The notes below the pieces were generated by a model. That model saw only the letters and a list, made by a program, of their open reading frames with translations. It was not told the DNA's origin and ran no database searches. A DNA stretch of 64,000 nt from assembly GCA_951406725.2 (NCBI GenBank), contig OX597820.1:50096001-50160000 (forward strand). The letters are read 5' to 3'. The position numbers and the translations under genes were made by a program. This DNA comes from Octopus vulgaris (lineage: Eukaryota). Shown here piece by piece: positions 1 through 12,774 of the stretch. How positions within the stretch are numbered: position 1 is the stretch's first letter; every line of letters starts with the position of its first letter.

Positions 1-94
1 GCTTTTAATGGCCTTTTACAACACACAGGGAAATTGTTGGGTCTCTTCTTTCACATGACAGTCCACACGCAGCATAATACGTTGAACCAAATAA

Positions 95-464
95 GGCGGC
101 GAGCTTGCAGAAACGTTAGCACGCCGGCCGAAATGCTTAGCCGTATTTCATCTGTCGTTACGTTCTGAGTTCAAATTCCCCTGAGGTCGACTTTGCCTTT
201 CATCCTTTCGGAGTCGATAAATTAAGTACCAGTTACGCACTGGGGTCGATATAATCGACTTAAGCCATCTGTCTGTTCTTGTTTGTCTCCTCTGTGTTTA
301 GCCCCTTGTGGGTAGTAAACAAATAGGTTCAAATTCTGCTGAGGCCGACTTTGCCTTTCATTCTTTCGGTATCAATAAATTAAGTACCAGTTACGTACAT
401 TGGTTGATCTAATCGACTGGCTCCTTCCCCCAAAATTTCGGTCCTTGTGCCTAGAGTAGAAAAG
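95..464 (+). mobile_element. tRNA-headed SINE family A, chimeric dimer (full monomer plus 5'-truncated second monomer with a different tail)
   Basis: Head GGCGGCGAGCTTGCAGAAACGTTAGC, B-box-like GAGTTCAAATTCC and core GTCGACTTTGCCTTTCATCCTTTCGG...AAGTACCAG present twice; flanked by 17-bp TSD AATA(C/T)GTTGAACCAAAT at 76-92 and 465-481. Confidence 0.9.
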
Positions 465-504
465 AATATGTTGAACCAAATTAATTCTTAATCCACTTAA
501 ATGA

Positions 505-697
505 TTCTTTGATTTGTTTCAATCATTTGACTGCGACCATATAGGAGCATCGCCTTTTTGTCAAAGAGATAGACTCCAGGACTTATTCTTTGTAAACCTA
601 GTACTTATTCCATCGGTCACTTTTGCCGAACTGCTAAGTTACGGTGACGTAAACACACAGTAATAGTGGTGGGGGATACACACACACACATACACAC

Positions 698-783
<86 letters not shown>

Positions 784-1030
784 GGATGGATGGATACATA
801 CATACATACATTCATACATATAGGGCACGAAATTTCTGTGACCCTTGTTGGATGTTACCCCACCGTTGCTGGTAGTAAAGCCCCAACCTCCATAACATTT
901 TAAGCTTCAGGGCCCCAATATTGCAGATCCGCCACTGCCCGAAGCTATAGTAGAATACACTTGCCCATGGTGCCATGCAGTGACACTGAACCCGGAACCA
1001 TGTGGTTAGGAAGCAAGCTTCTTACCACAC
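505..1030 (-). mobile_element. SINE family B (CORE-like), interrupted by (GATA)n and an unrelated insert
   Basis: Matches the family B copy at 28587-28997 in both head (CCCGGAACCATGTGGTT...CTTACCACAC) and tail (CATTTGACTGCG, TTTTGCCGAACTGCTAAGTTACG). Confidence 0.8.
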
Positions 1031-1529
1031 AATTCAAAAAATCAACCCTGAGAAATTTTACCAAATCATCTATGGATATAGTGCTTAGAATTCTATTCGT
1101 TGACATAATCCCAATATTGAAGATGTTATCTGCTAATTATCTCTTTGGAAGAATATGAAATACGTGTCAGTTTCAAAGAGAATTCCACGACGTAAAAACA
1201 CGCCATTATGCTTCATTATGCATAAAACAAATTCAGTGAAAATCAGTTTTATTGAAAAAAATGTATATTGTATGGTCTGAACTGTTGCATTTTTTACTCA
1301 AGTTTTATAAAATATCAAGGGGTTACTCAGATTCATCGCAAGCACTTGCATCAAAAACTTCTAGTAAGAGCCAACGAGGAACCTTCTACCGATCGAAGGA
1401 AGGAGGTAATATTCGGTCACTTAATCTGCTAAAAGCATGGAACTTGCTCCAAAAGCATATTCAAATGAAAAAAAAATGATATATCGGATAATATAGTTAT
1501 CGTTACAATATATCTGACACACACACACA

Positions 1530-1599
<70 letters not shown>

Positions 1600-1601
<2 letters not shown>

Positions 1602-2180
1602 GCTCTGTTGAGAAGCCTTATTCCCAACCACACGGTACCGGGTCCGTCCCTCTGTGTGGTACCTTGGATAAGTGTCTTCTACTATAGCCGAACAGAGCCA
1701 TTGTGAATGGATTTAGTGGACGGAAACTGAAAGAAGCTCGTCATATATATGAGGTGTTGCTGAAAAGTTCCTGGCTTTAAGGGTGTCACGAAAGGACTGG
1801 TTGGAGACCCAATCTTCCGAGTTCTTTTACAGGGATTAAAAAAACTTAAGGACCGCTGCAATAAGTGTGTGAATCTGAGAGGGGAATATATCAAAATTAT
1901 AATTAACTGATCCACCTGTATTTTATTTTACTTTTCAGCAACCCCTCGTATATATACATATTTGTGTGTGTGTGTGTGTAACTGTGTGTTTATGTGTGTG
2001 TGTATTTGTGTGCGTGTCTGTGAGTGTTTCTTTGTGCCTGTGTTTTTGTCCTCACCATCACTTAACAACTGATGTTTGTATGTTTTTTGCCGTAACTTAG
2101 CAGTTCAGCAAAAGAGTGCGATAGAATAAGTATCAGTCTGTAAAAACAAAAAAAGTATTGAGATTGATTTGTTCGACGGT
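1600..2180 (+). mobile_element. SINE family B, decayed, carrying a mariner MITE
   Basis: GGTACCTTGGATAAGTGTCTTCTACTATAGCC ... GACGGAAACTGAAAGAAGC ... GTAACTTAGCAGTTCAGCAAAAGAG match family B. Confidence 0.75.
1750..1948 (+). mobile_element. mariner-derived MITE
   Basis: TIRs TGAGGTGTTGCTGAAAAGT / ACTTTTCAGCAACCCCTCG with TA on both sides; the interior encodes the mariner C-terminal remnant GIKKLKDRCNKCVNLRGEYIK. Confidence 0.8.
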
Positions 2181-2199
2181 TTGCATAAAGAGAAAGAAA

Positions 2200-2830
2200 A
2201 CATACATGTATTTTCAAAAAAAAAAAAAAAAATCAAACAGGTTATGATTCAAAGATAGAAATTTATCGTAATTAGCAGTCATCAGCTTCCGCCATGTCCT
2301 CGGCTTCCTCCACGCCTTCGGCTTCTACCACACCATCAGCTTCCATCACGCCCTCAGCTTCTACCACTCCCTTAGCTTCCACCACACCCTCAACTTTCAC
2401 CATACTCTCAGCTTCCACCATGCCCTCGGCTTCCATCATGCCCTCAAGACGGCTCCAGAACGTGGCGTATACTGTGTCGCTCGGCCTTACTATTTCGGTC
2501 ACCCCACATATAGCAATCTATGAGATTATAATTGAGGAAATTAGAAAACCAGCTCTTGGGGCTGGTGAAATCGGAAAATTTCTCCGACAACCACATTTGA
2601 CACTTTCTGGGGGAATGGCAAAGAACCGAATACTGCTGCCACACATATTAGACACGGTCAGAACGCCTGTTGTGTCCCTTCCTGCTGGCCACGGCAATGT
2701 AGTCTCTGTTGTAGCTGCCCATGTCACATCCTACAGACTGTTCACAGAGTATTGAGCAGCAGTCATAATGGCAGCATTTTGGCAACCAGCGTGATTCTAG
2801 TTCTCCATGTCAGCTAGCATCTTTCACGAT
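2200..2830 (-). mobile_element. Tc1/mariner-superfamily (maT/DD37D-like) transposase remnant with an 18-bp tandem expansion
   Basis: DFTSPKSWFSNFLNYNLIDCYMWG resembles the W-PP-SPDLNP-DY-VWG motif; FWSRLEGMMEAEG resembles the C-terminal RLEAVVEAEG, followed by about 9 copies of an 18-bp VVEAEG unit (2280-2450). Confidence 0.6.
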
Positions 2831-2954
2831 TTCAACTTTAATCTTTATGCTCTCCAATGATGTTGAGTGTTCATCAATACATCAAGCTGTGTGTCTGTGT
2901 GTATGCGTGTGTGTGGGGGGTGGGGCGAATAAAATTCTGATCGATCTCGTATAT

Positions 2955-3535
2955 ACATTACTGGACAAAATCTGAAGACCAGTGAAAAAATGCCGGAATG
3001 AACTCCTTGCAGACCGATATATTTGAATATTTTTCATTATAGATTTATCATTTCCAAATAGAAAAGTATATACAAAACTCAAAAGAAATATTTACCATTT
3101 AATGCAGAAAATATGCATTGTTTGAAAATGAACAACTTATTGTCAGGTCAAAAACTCAAGACCACCATTACGAATAAAAAGTTTAAATTGTGTATGAACT
3201 ACAAAAATTCTGGCATTTATGTTCAAGCTTTCTCTGTGTCAACAACTACTGATCACCCCTGTCTATTTGACAACAATAACACTAGGCAAAGCTAAAATGC
3301 AGACGGAATTTGAACGTGGTAGAATTGTAGATCTCCAGAAGTAAGGTCTTTCTCAACATGCCACCTCCAGTGAAATTGGTCGCAGTTAAACCGTCATTGC
3401 AAACATTTTAAATGAACCTAAGGCATATAGGCGGAAAAAATCGACCGGTTAGTCGAAGAAAATTTCACCAACATTGAGTAGAAGTATTCGACAAGTAGTT
3501 AGGAAAGACACTAGTCGATCATCAAACCAGATTAC
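2955..3535 (+). mobile_element. Tc1/Tc3-like transposon 5' part, N-terminal HTH pseudogene
   Basis: From about 3285: KAKMQTEFERGRIVDLQK*GLSQHATSSEIGRS*TVIANILNEPKAYRRKKSTG*SKKIS, a Tc3-like paired HTH with stops. Confidence 0.75.
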
Positions 3536-3602
3536 GAATTGCAGAAAGCAGCTCAATGACGATAAAACGACATTCGAAGGAGAGGGAGAGAGAGAAAGAG
3601 AA

Positions 3603-3706
<104 letters not shown>

Positions 3707-3829
3707 TTTGAAAATCTTAAACATTCCAACGAATTATTCTCTGGTCGACGTTCACCAGGAAATCATGAAATGGCACATACTTGGATTCGAAGGGATGTTA
3801 TTTTTTTTTCAATGTTAATTCGTACATAT

Positions 3830-3923
3830 ATTCACCTGATGAAAGCGATTCTTTTTTCCACATGATGTTATAACTCTATTCATCAATAAAAAAACACGTC
3901 TGAAACAGCTGTACCGAGTGAAT
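3830..3923 (+). ncRNA. type I hammerhead ribozyme-like motif with long stem II (probable Penelope-like pLTR remnant)
   Basis: CTGATGA (3836-3842), an imperfect hairpin, then GAAACAGCTGTA (3902-3913) with palindromic stem III ACAGCTGT; ATTCAC/GTGAAT can form stem I with a 4-nt bulge. Confidence 0.55.
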
Positions 3924-4024
3924 GTCTGCATGTATTGTGAGTGTGTGGTATTTATATGTATCTGTACATTTGTTTATACATACACTGGTCTAAATCTCAG
4001 TGGCTTTTCTTTAATCTTTTATCT

Positions 4025-4350
4025 TTTACTTATTTCAGTCATTAGACTGTGGCCACCTAAAAGAACTTTTAAACGAATGAATCGACCCCAGTACTTTTTT
4101 GGTTTTTAAGCCTGTTATTTCTTCTGTTGGTCTCTATTACCGAACCACTAGGTTATAGAGATGTAACACAGCAACACCGATTGTCGAACAGTGGTGGAGG
4201 ACAAGCGCAGACACACACACACACGAAAGGCTATTTTCAGTTTCTGTCCATCGAATCTACTCATAAATCATGGGTCGTCCAAGGCTGTAGAATAGCCCGG
4301 AACTATGGGGTTGAGAAGCAAAACTACTTACCACACAGCCACGCCTGCAC
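4025..4350 (-). mobile_element. SINE family B, decayed
   Basis: TTTCAGTCATTAGACTGTGGCC ... CTACTTACCACACAGCCACGCCTGC match family B tail and head. Confidence 0.75.
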
Positions 4351-4607
4351 GTGCTGCTATTTATAATGTGCGGATTTGTGTTTTGTAACACAGCGTTTCG
4401 ACAAAAACGAACTGATGAATTCAATACCAGACAGAAATATTTAAGAGAGTTGTTATTATTGATTAAACCCTTAAGGCAATACTCCAGAGCGACCATAGTC
4501 CAATGACTAAAAAGAGTAGATAGATAGATTGATAGACAAATAAACAGATAGATAGAGAGAGAGAGGGGGGGAAGAAAGAGACTGATAGATTTATATAGAC
4601 ATATATA

Positions 4608-4649
<42 letters not shown>

Positions 4650-4871
4650 CAGAGACAGAGAGACAGAGAGAGAAGAAATGTAAATCCTTCCAGACAAATT
4701 CTTTAGGAAATAGACAAAATTGGCTGAAATGAAATGTAAACAAACAAATATAAATCTATAAATATTTAAATTTAATGTCGGAAAACAGAATAAAGTAGAA
4801 GTATTTAAAATATAACTTTGTTTCTATGCGTGTTAATGGAGCCGACTGTTAGTGGGGTTGGACTGTTTGCG

Positions 4872-4918
4872 TATGTATGTATATATATATATATATATAC
4901 CTACATATACATACATAC

Positions 4919-4994
<76 letters not shown>

Positions 4995-5460
4995 GTATGT
5001 ATGCATGTATATGTATATATGTATATATATATACATGTACGTATATATATATATATATATATGTATAGATACACACACACACATATACATATAGGTATGT
5101 ATGTATGAATGTACGTGTGTATGTATGTGGGTTTTTTGTGTCTTTGTGATTGTATCTGTGTTTGTGCGTTTGAGGATTGTTAACTCATGTGAATGCGGTC
5201 ATGCGTGTATGAATGTATGTCTGCAAGTGCGCTTGAACGTCTTCAAGTGGATGTTTGTGATTTGGTAATAAGAAGCAACGGCGTATATATATATATACAC
5301 GTACGTATGTATCTATGTATGTGTGTATGCATGTACGCACGGATGTGTGTATGTATGTATGTATGTATGTATGTATGTATGTGTGTATGTATGTGTGTAT
5401 GTATGTATGTATGTATGTATATATGTATGTATGTATGTATGTGTATGTATGTGTATATAT
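4872..5460. repeat. compound (TA)n/(TATG)n microsatellite block
   Basis: Directly visible. Confidence 0.95.
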
Positions 5461-5614
5461 TATTTTGGAGTGCGTTTATGTCTTTATTGTTGTATGTGTA
5501 TATATGTATTGCTGGTATCGCATACGTATTTCATTAGATCGAAAAACCATTAACAGACTGACATAGTGTTTACAGAGAAATTGATAAAAAAGAAGAAAAA
5601 GTGGAAGAAATCAA

Positions 5615-5624
5615 AGTAGTAGAT

Positions 5625-5658
<34 letters not shown>

Positions 5659-5860
5659 AAGAAGAAGAAGAAGAAGAAGAAGAAGAAGAAGAAGAAGAAG
5701 AAGAAGAAGATGAAGAAGAAGAAGATGAAGAAGAAGATGAAGAAGAAGATGATGGAGAAGAAGAAGAAGAAGAAGAAGAAGAAGAAGAAGAAGAAGAAGA
5801 AGAAGAAGAAGAAGAAGAAGAAGAAGAAGAAGAAGGACAACAACAATTACAACAACAACT
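5615..5860. repeat. (GTA)n-(GAA)n-(CAA)n trinucleotide microsatellite
   Basis: Directly visible. Confidence 0.95.
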
Positions 5861-6639
5861 AATGGCAGAAAGAGGAATGCAAGTGATTTGTCAAGTAAGA
5901 ATTGAGGCGGCAACTACCAACCGGCAACCCCGCCCCCTTACACACTGTACAACACACCTATACACACTTCAGGATAGCACACCTCTGTCATTCATGGCAA
6001 CCACATTAACACTACCATTCAGAGATCACAATAAACCCCGATGCCATTACTGTATAATGCAACACATCACTGGCCAACGAGGCTCTCTGTATGCAGTCTC
6101 TTGCTCTCCGAGAACTAGCAGAAAAAAAAAACGTTCAAATTACACAATACCGTCATTAAAAAATTAGTTAACTTGATGATGAGGTTATGTGTTCACTGCA
6201 CAGAGGAAATTACTGGATGGTCACAAGTGGAATGCTTTTTGGCCTTTTTATTGATTCGATCGAAGCTCACCTCGCGTTACACAACCACAAAACGAACAAC
6301 AGTTACAACAAAACCAGTTGAACGGCATCAGTAACAAGCAACACATTGTTTCTGATTTAGTTATAATGCCAACAATTTAGTTACACTGCCAATAATTATG
6401 TTGTTCATAACATTTACTCCAGGACTTGGTTAGTGCTTTATTTTATCGACTTCGGAAGGACGAAAAGCAAAGTTGACCTCGGCGAGATTTGATCTCAGAC
6501 GGTTAAGACCTGGAGAAAACATGTTTTTTTTCTTTGTGATATCTAGACACCTCAATGCCGGAACTTCTACATGGCCACCAAACCTGAAGGAAATAGTAGT
6601 GAAATCTCCTTAATAGATGGAAGTGTGACACATAACACT

Positions 6640-6857
6640 GATGTAAAATTTTGGCACACCACCATCAATTCAGTGGGAGGGGCTTAGTCGGTTACATCGA
6701 ACTGATTATTTAACTGGTACTAATTTTATCGACTCCGAAAAGGTTACAGGTAAAGTCGACTCCGGCGGCATTCAAACCCAGAACGTAAAGACGGAAAAAA
6801 ATGCCGCTAAGCAGTTTTTCCCGATGCGGTAATGATGCTGCAAGCTCACCGCTTTAG
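6640..6857 (-). mobile_element. SINE family A, decayed
   Basis: AACTGGTACTAATTTTATCGACTCCGAAAAGG...AAAGTCGAC...CAAGCTCACCGC is the reverse complement of family A. Confidence 0.8.
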
Positions 6858-8069
6858 GGAGGCACATAATATCATTTTGAATACGGAATAACAGGAAGTA
6901 GAGCAGCATAGTCATAGACAGAGCACATTTGAAAGATTAAACTCCATCTAACTTCTAATGTTGCTAGGATTTGGGCCCAAACCCACAAAAGCTTCCTTCC
7001 TTGATAAAGCAATAAATAAACGACATAGCACTACTCCACAACTATATTAATGCTCATATCATCATACAACCAAAGTATATCATCACCACGTCGCTGCCAT
7101 CATCACCCAATCACCAGCGACATCACTTCAACGCTATCATTGCTCCATCACCACTGCCGAACTTCCTCATCACCGTAGTCTGACTCTAACACCACAAATT
7201 ACCCTTTCTACAGCATTAGATTACATTTTACTACGCCAGACTCAACATACAATACGTATCTCTACTAATATACTAGCAGCATCAAAAAAGAAACATTTAC
7301 GCAACAAGCTCACCTTTAAGACATTTCCTTCAAATCACATCTTGTCTTAAAACCAATGGGATCCAAGACATACTATGACCGAAAAAGGTGTTGCATTGAT
7401 ATCTGACCCTTTTATTGATATGTCTGCTTGATCACCGCTTATGGAAGGCTGCCAGCCGGTGCTTTCATACCGTACTCCTCCACAAAAGCCAGACGAATAT
7501 CGCATTGGATTTAATCGTCACCATCCGTCCAATTATTTAACATATCGTCATTTTAGAATACGTATATCCACTCTCTCTCTCCCTAACTCTCTCTTTCTCT
7601 GTCCCTGTCTGTCTGTCTGTCTGTCTGTCTCCCTCTCTTCCTCTAATTATCGATCTATGTTTTTATCTCCATTAGATGAGAAACGATCAAACATTTTCAT
7701 TTGAAAAAAAAAATAATAAAAATATCTCCTGATTTAAAAGAAATTGAAGATATTTCTGATTTCAAAAGAATTACTTAATTTCCATATTTAAATAAATTTG
7801 AAATTAAAATTCAACATTGCACAGATAAAATCTGCTGAAATTGAAATAGCGCGTCCACCTACAGGTCATTTGACCCGCACGGTTTCTCTGAAGGTGCTCT
7901 TCGCTGAGTTTCCGAAATGGTTGGTATTTCACTGCGAAATAATTCATTTTCTCAAAGCGAACCCATCGTCTTGCATAAGAAATGCATGGCGTTTGAAAAT
8001 GTCCTCACACGCACATCATTTCTCAGACTCCATTCACAACAACGCCATGTTCAACGGGCGATTAGAACC

Positions 8070-8177
8070 TTTCGTATAGTGACACTAGAGGTTAAATTCT
8101 TGGATCATTGCAAGTCGCATAGCAGCGACAGCCGGTGACAAAAGCGTTTCTCTCAATGAAGACCGAACGTCAGAGTT
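8070..8177 (+). pseudogene. decayed 18S rRNA fragment
   Basis: TTCGTATAGTGACACTAGAGGTTAAATTCTTGGATCATTGCAAG...CAATGAAGACCGAACGTCAGAG is collinear with the conserved 18S segment TTCGTATTGCG..GCTAGAGGTGAAATTCTTGGA....GCAAGAC...AATCAAGAACGAAAGTCAGAG, with many substitutions. Confidence 0.7.
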
Positions 8178-8764
8178 ATTGCAATCCGGTATGAAAATCC
8201 TGGTTACGTATAGTCAGGTCATTTGTGTGGGCATTCGCCGTTGCAGTGCGTCACTGCAACTACCATTTGTCGGCCTCTTACTTGGTTCGGATGACTAATT
8301 TTCTGAGCAGTGCCCTAGTTAGACTCCATCTTTGCGAGCTATTCGCTCATCTGCTGTGACCATGTGGTAGTTGGCTGAAAAACACGAGTCGTCAGACCAG
8401 CTGGAACTTTGGAGAAAAGAACACTAAACGCTGGATTCTACTCTGAAACATCGTGCAACATGACCAAAAATTATGAGCTGATGCTCTTGAGTTATATAAG
8501 CAACAAGACTCATTGCAGTTTTTGAGCACAGTCGTTGGTTGGATACAAAATCCGACCAACGGGTTATGTGTAGGGGAGAAAGAATATTGTCGGTGACCAG
8601 AAATATCCCAAACGTGATTGAAACAAGGAGAATTTAAGAACATAATAAATAACTGGATAATGAGACGGAATCACATGGCCAATTCAGTCAGCAAACCGAG
8701 GATGGTGGTAGTAAGGAAGGCCGTAGCTAACAAATGGTTACCTGAAACGAGAAACTGAATCATT

Positions 8765-9480
8765 TGTTGTTATTATTGTGATTTCACTTCACATAACTCT
8801 CGATTTCACTTGCTCTAACTAATTCTGTAAAAGCGGGCAACAACCTGTTGTCAAGGGTCTCACAGAATCTCTTTCCACGATACTTAATATTCAAGTGCCA
8901 ATCTCAAAATCCACGCTGTTCTAAATAAAGCAATTTTCTGAGCATATGAATCTCAATTTCTCCAACAAATTTCTCAAATCTGGTTATTGATGCGCCCAAA
9001 GTCCCAACAATTACTCGGATGACAATTCCTTTCTTCATTGCTCACATTTGTATAATTTCATCTTTTAGGGGCTTGTTCTTCTCAATCTTTACTACTTCTT
9101 TATTATCTACTCGTACATCGGTAAGAATTGCAATATCTATGATCTTGAAGGTGGTGTGCTGGCAGAAATACTTAGCGGTATTTCGTCTGAATTTACGTTC
9201 TGAGTTCAAATTCTGCTGAGGTCGACTTTACCTTTCAGTTTTTCGGCATCAATAAATTAAGAACCAGTTGCATACTGAGGTCGATCTAGTCGAATAGCCC
9301 CCTCCCCAAAAATTTCGGGCCTTGTGCCCAGAGTAGAAAAGAATACCTATGATCTTGGTTTCTGCTACCTCATCGCCTCAGTAATAATTTTTTTCAGATA
9401 GATTTAGCTGTCATTTCTATAAAGAATCTCTGTGTGAACTGTACACTGACACGCCCAAATAATTTTCTTGCCCCATCTGT
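8765..9480 (-). mobile_element. R4/Dong-like non-LTR retrotransposon 3' remnant (restriction-like endonuclease), interrupted by a SINE
   Basis: Minus-strand KIIDIAILTDVRVDNKEVVKIEKNKPLKDEIIQM*AMKKGIVIRVIVGTLGA and QKIALFRTAWILR match the RLE C-terminus; AAT/AAC-rich tail near 8765. Confidence 0.75.
9148..9341 (+). mobile_element. SINE family A with TSD
   Basis: Family A head and core; 16-bp TSD AATA(T/C)CTATGATCTTG at 9132-9147 and 9342-9357. Confidence 0.88.
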
Positions 9481-11187
9481 CACTATTTGATCTATGATAT
9501 ACAGTATCGTGGTCTAGTTAAATAGTTATTGACTTCGAAATTATGAAGTAACAAATTTGATCCCTACAACGTTGTATATTGGGCAAGTGCTTTCTAACAT
9601 AGCCCTAGATCTGCCCAAGTTTCATTGGTGGAACTGGGCAAGCGAAAACAGTACAGAAATTCAACGGTTTTACTGAACCCGTAATTCAAAGTCCAGCTTT
9701 GTTACACACTATGTAACGCTCATTCCACTAATAAACCACGATGCGAGTAAACCAATTTTCCTTCAAACTTCATATCGTCTTACAACAAGGAAGTGTTTTG
9801 TAGTTGGTACATTTAGAAATACTCTGTATCTTAAAAGAAACTAAAACGGTCATGACTGAAATGATTATGATAATAGTTCTACTCGATAAATACTGATTCT
9901 TTTGCTAAACAACGAAAACAACACCATGCCACCATACAAAAATTACAAATAGCACCAAACGATGACATACTACGATCACAATAGAATACAGTATGCAAGT
10001 AAATGAGCGAGCCTCTTCACAGCCGCTCAATTTACTAGAAATAGCAATCAAATCTACTTCAAATTTATAACTTCCGTTTTAAAAAACATATTGCAGAATG
10101 TTTTCCACGATTCACTGTTCTTACGAAGAAGACAGGAATGCTTTTGATGCCACATGTTTTCAGTCAGTACTGACCTGGAGCTAAACAATAGCGACAGTAA
10201 AAACTGTACATAAAGATCCAACGAAGGAACCTCTACGTGGTCACACGACCTGCTACAAATAGCAACCAAGTCTCTCTCAAATCACACCAGGCCGCATTTA
10301 AAAAAGGTATGCAGGAAGGTGTGGATCTGGGTTATGTGCACAAGTAAAATCTGCGGTGGTCGTGGTTGGAATGCCATCGATCAAGTTTATGCTCAATTAT
10401 GGTTGAACTGGGATTAAATGAAAGCAATCCCTGTACAACTCTATTTCACTGTACCGATTCCTTGTACAGTTACTACCATCGCCAGTTTACACCGCTACAC
10501 CTTGCATCGCATAAAAGAATACAGCCAACGATAGAGCCTGTAGTTGATCATTTAACCAGCTAGATTGACATCAATTACCTTATTTAAAAAAGGACAAGCT
10601 ACTTAGTCTTATGTCCCAGAAATGAAAAGATAAAATGTCAAGGCTTGAATCAGTGACCATGAGAAGTTTTTGATCAACGGCGGTTGACCTGGGGCTAAAA
10701 AACGTCGAAATTCCTTCAACTATTCATGCACATCACCATTATATTTCAAAATCGTATTTCTATATCATCGCACAACCGCAACACACAGCTATATAACAGT
10801 AGCAAACATTACACATCCACACAACATATCCTCACGCTGTAACTATAACTCGTAGTCATCACAGTATGCGACCCGTTAAATAGAGTTGGGCAACGTAGAT
10901 GATATACAAATAAATTTAATAATGAAAGGTACTAAATTTCAGATACTATACGAAAAATAATTCTTCTTATTCATTTCCTTCATTGGTAATTACTGAGATA
11001 ATTAAACTTTGGAGATTGTCAGTTTCAGTAATTCCTAAGATACCATAGTAGACACTCAATTAAATAAGTAATCAAGGAAACAATCAAATATTGTCACTTC
11101 TTTCGTCAGTGTTCTGTATATACTGGATGATGGCAAATGAAGCCGGCAGTACGGTAAAAAGATATATTTTCTATTATATATAGGTAT

Positions 11188-11440
11188 AAAAATGTTCCTT
11201 CTGGAGCCATGCTAGACTCATAAGGGCCGATTTCCCGGTTTCAGTGGCGTAGAAATTCCCCACCTGGACGAGACGCCGGTCCGTCTCAGGTTTACGCATT
11301 TTTGCCAGCTGAGAGGACTGGAGCAACGTGAAATAAAGTATTTTGCTCAAGAACACAACGCGTCGCCTGGTCCAGGAATCAAAACCACAACCTTACGATC
11401 ATGAGTTCAACATCCTACCCGCTAAGCCACGCGCCTACAC
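11188..11440 (-). mobile_element. tRNA-headed SINE family C (V-domain-like core)
   Basis: Minus-strand head GGCGCGTGGCTTAGCGGGTAGG...GGTTTTGATTCC (A and B boxes); internal GACGGACCGGCGTCTCGTCCAGG resembles the V-SINE domain. Confidence 0.7.
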
Positions 11441-12774
11441 ATATATAAGCATAGGGAGATATAAAAGGTTACTTTACGAGATGAACAAAGGCCGTCGCTA
11501 AGATGCAGCTGTACATAACTGCGTGGTCATGAAATTAGTATCGAAAATACTGTGTTCGGTTTCGATATCAACTAAAGGAATATCAATATAATATCTTTTA
11601 CCACACTCTCCATTAAACCAAAAACCTCTGAGTAAAGATTTGGTGGAAGGAAACTGCGTGATAGCCATTCGGTGGGAGCGGTCTTACTTTGGGACAATAT
11701 GAATAATATGTCACCCGGTTTAACAAAGTCACCTGACCATTGGGAGCCTTAGCCGACTCCAGACTTATTCTCATTAGTCAACAAACACATGAAAAGAGTC
11801 AAGGGCGCTGCCCTTTCTCATCTGATTAGTTTTTATATTAGTACATATAGCTGTGTAAGTGTGTATGTGGTGGTGGTGGTGGGGCTTCTTCTGGCGTTCC
11901 AAACTAATTATGCTCATTTGAACTCGATGACATATATCAGCCACAAAAACATAAAAAGGCTACGCATTTCGCCCGGCGTGTTAACGGTTCTGCCAGCTCG
12001 CCACCCGCCAAATCAGAAAAGTAGTCTTTCCATTCAGGGATACTAGAAGATGATTACATGAAAAGATTTAGATGACAAAACAATCGAAAAGTTCAACAAC
12101 AAACAAAATCAATTCAAAATTGCCATCAATAAATAGAATAGAAAGAAGAGTCCCTCTACGGTGAATATCCCGCAGGACAGGAAAGAACGGAAGAGAGCAC
12201 GAAAAGCAGGCCAGACCGGACTAGAGTAAAGGTTAGTGTAATTTTAGCTCCTCTATGTATATTCGTAAATAAAATTACTAAACAAATGTAATGCGATAAG
12301 CAGCTGACATTAAATATAGACTATGCAACTATGACATAAAGAAAAAAAAAACTTGTTTAGATAATTTCCAGTTAACCAAATCCTGTTGAAGATAGAATAC
12401 AATCGAAGGCAAGGAATTAATTGTGAATTTGTGATGTTTAATATCAACCATAAATATGGTGATCATCATACTATCGCCGCATATAAAAAACAAATAATTA
12501 ATCATGGGATGAGTGACAATTATCTGACCGTTTGTGGATCTTTCAAACCGATAATGATTAATGAATATTGATGCCTAACTTGATCTTGTGTTACTCCTTT
12601 TTTCTTTGCTTCAGAAACAGAACGTTGCCACTTATGACAAAATCCATGTAAGCACAAATATCGCTAGCTATAGTGAAAGATTAGAATTTAAGAATATGGT
12701 TTAAGTTTTAGACCTAACATTATGTTTAAGTTTAAGGGTTAGTTTAAGTTTACATTTTTGCTTATTACAACAGT

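Noticed and set aside
4818-5566. YI/CV/HT-repeat ORFs here and throughout the window
   Set aside because: These are stop-free frames of dinucleotide and tetranucleotide repeats.
5601-6167. 188-aa poly-V/E/Q ORF
   Set aside because: It is the translation of trinucleotide microsatellites; the rest has no recognisable domain.
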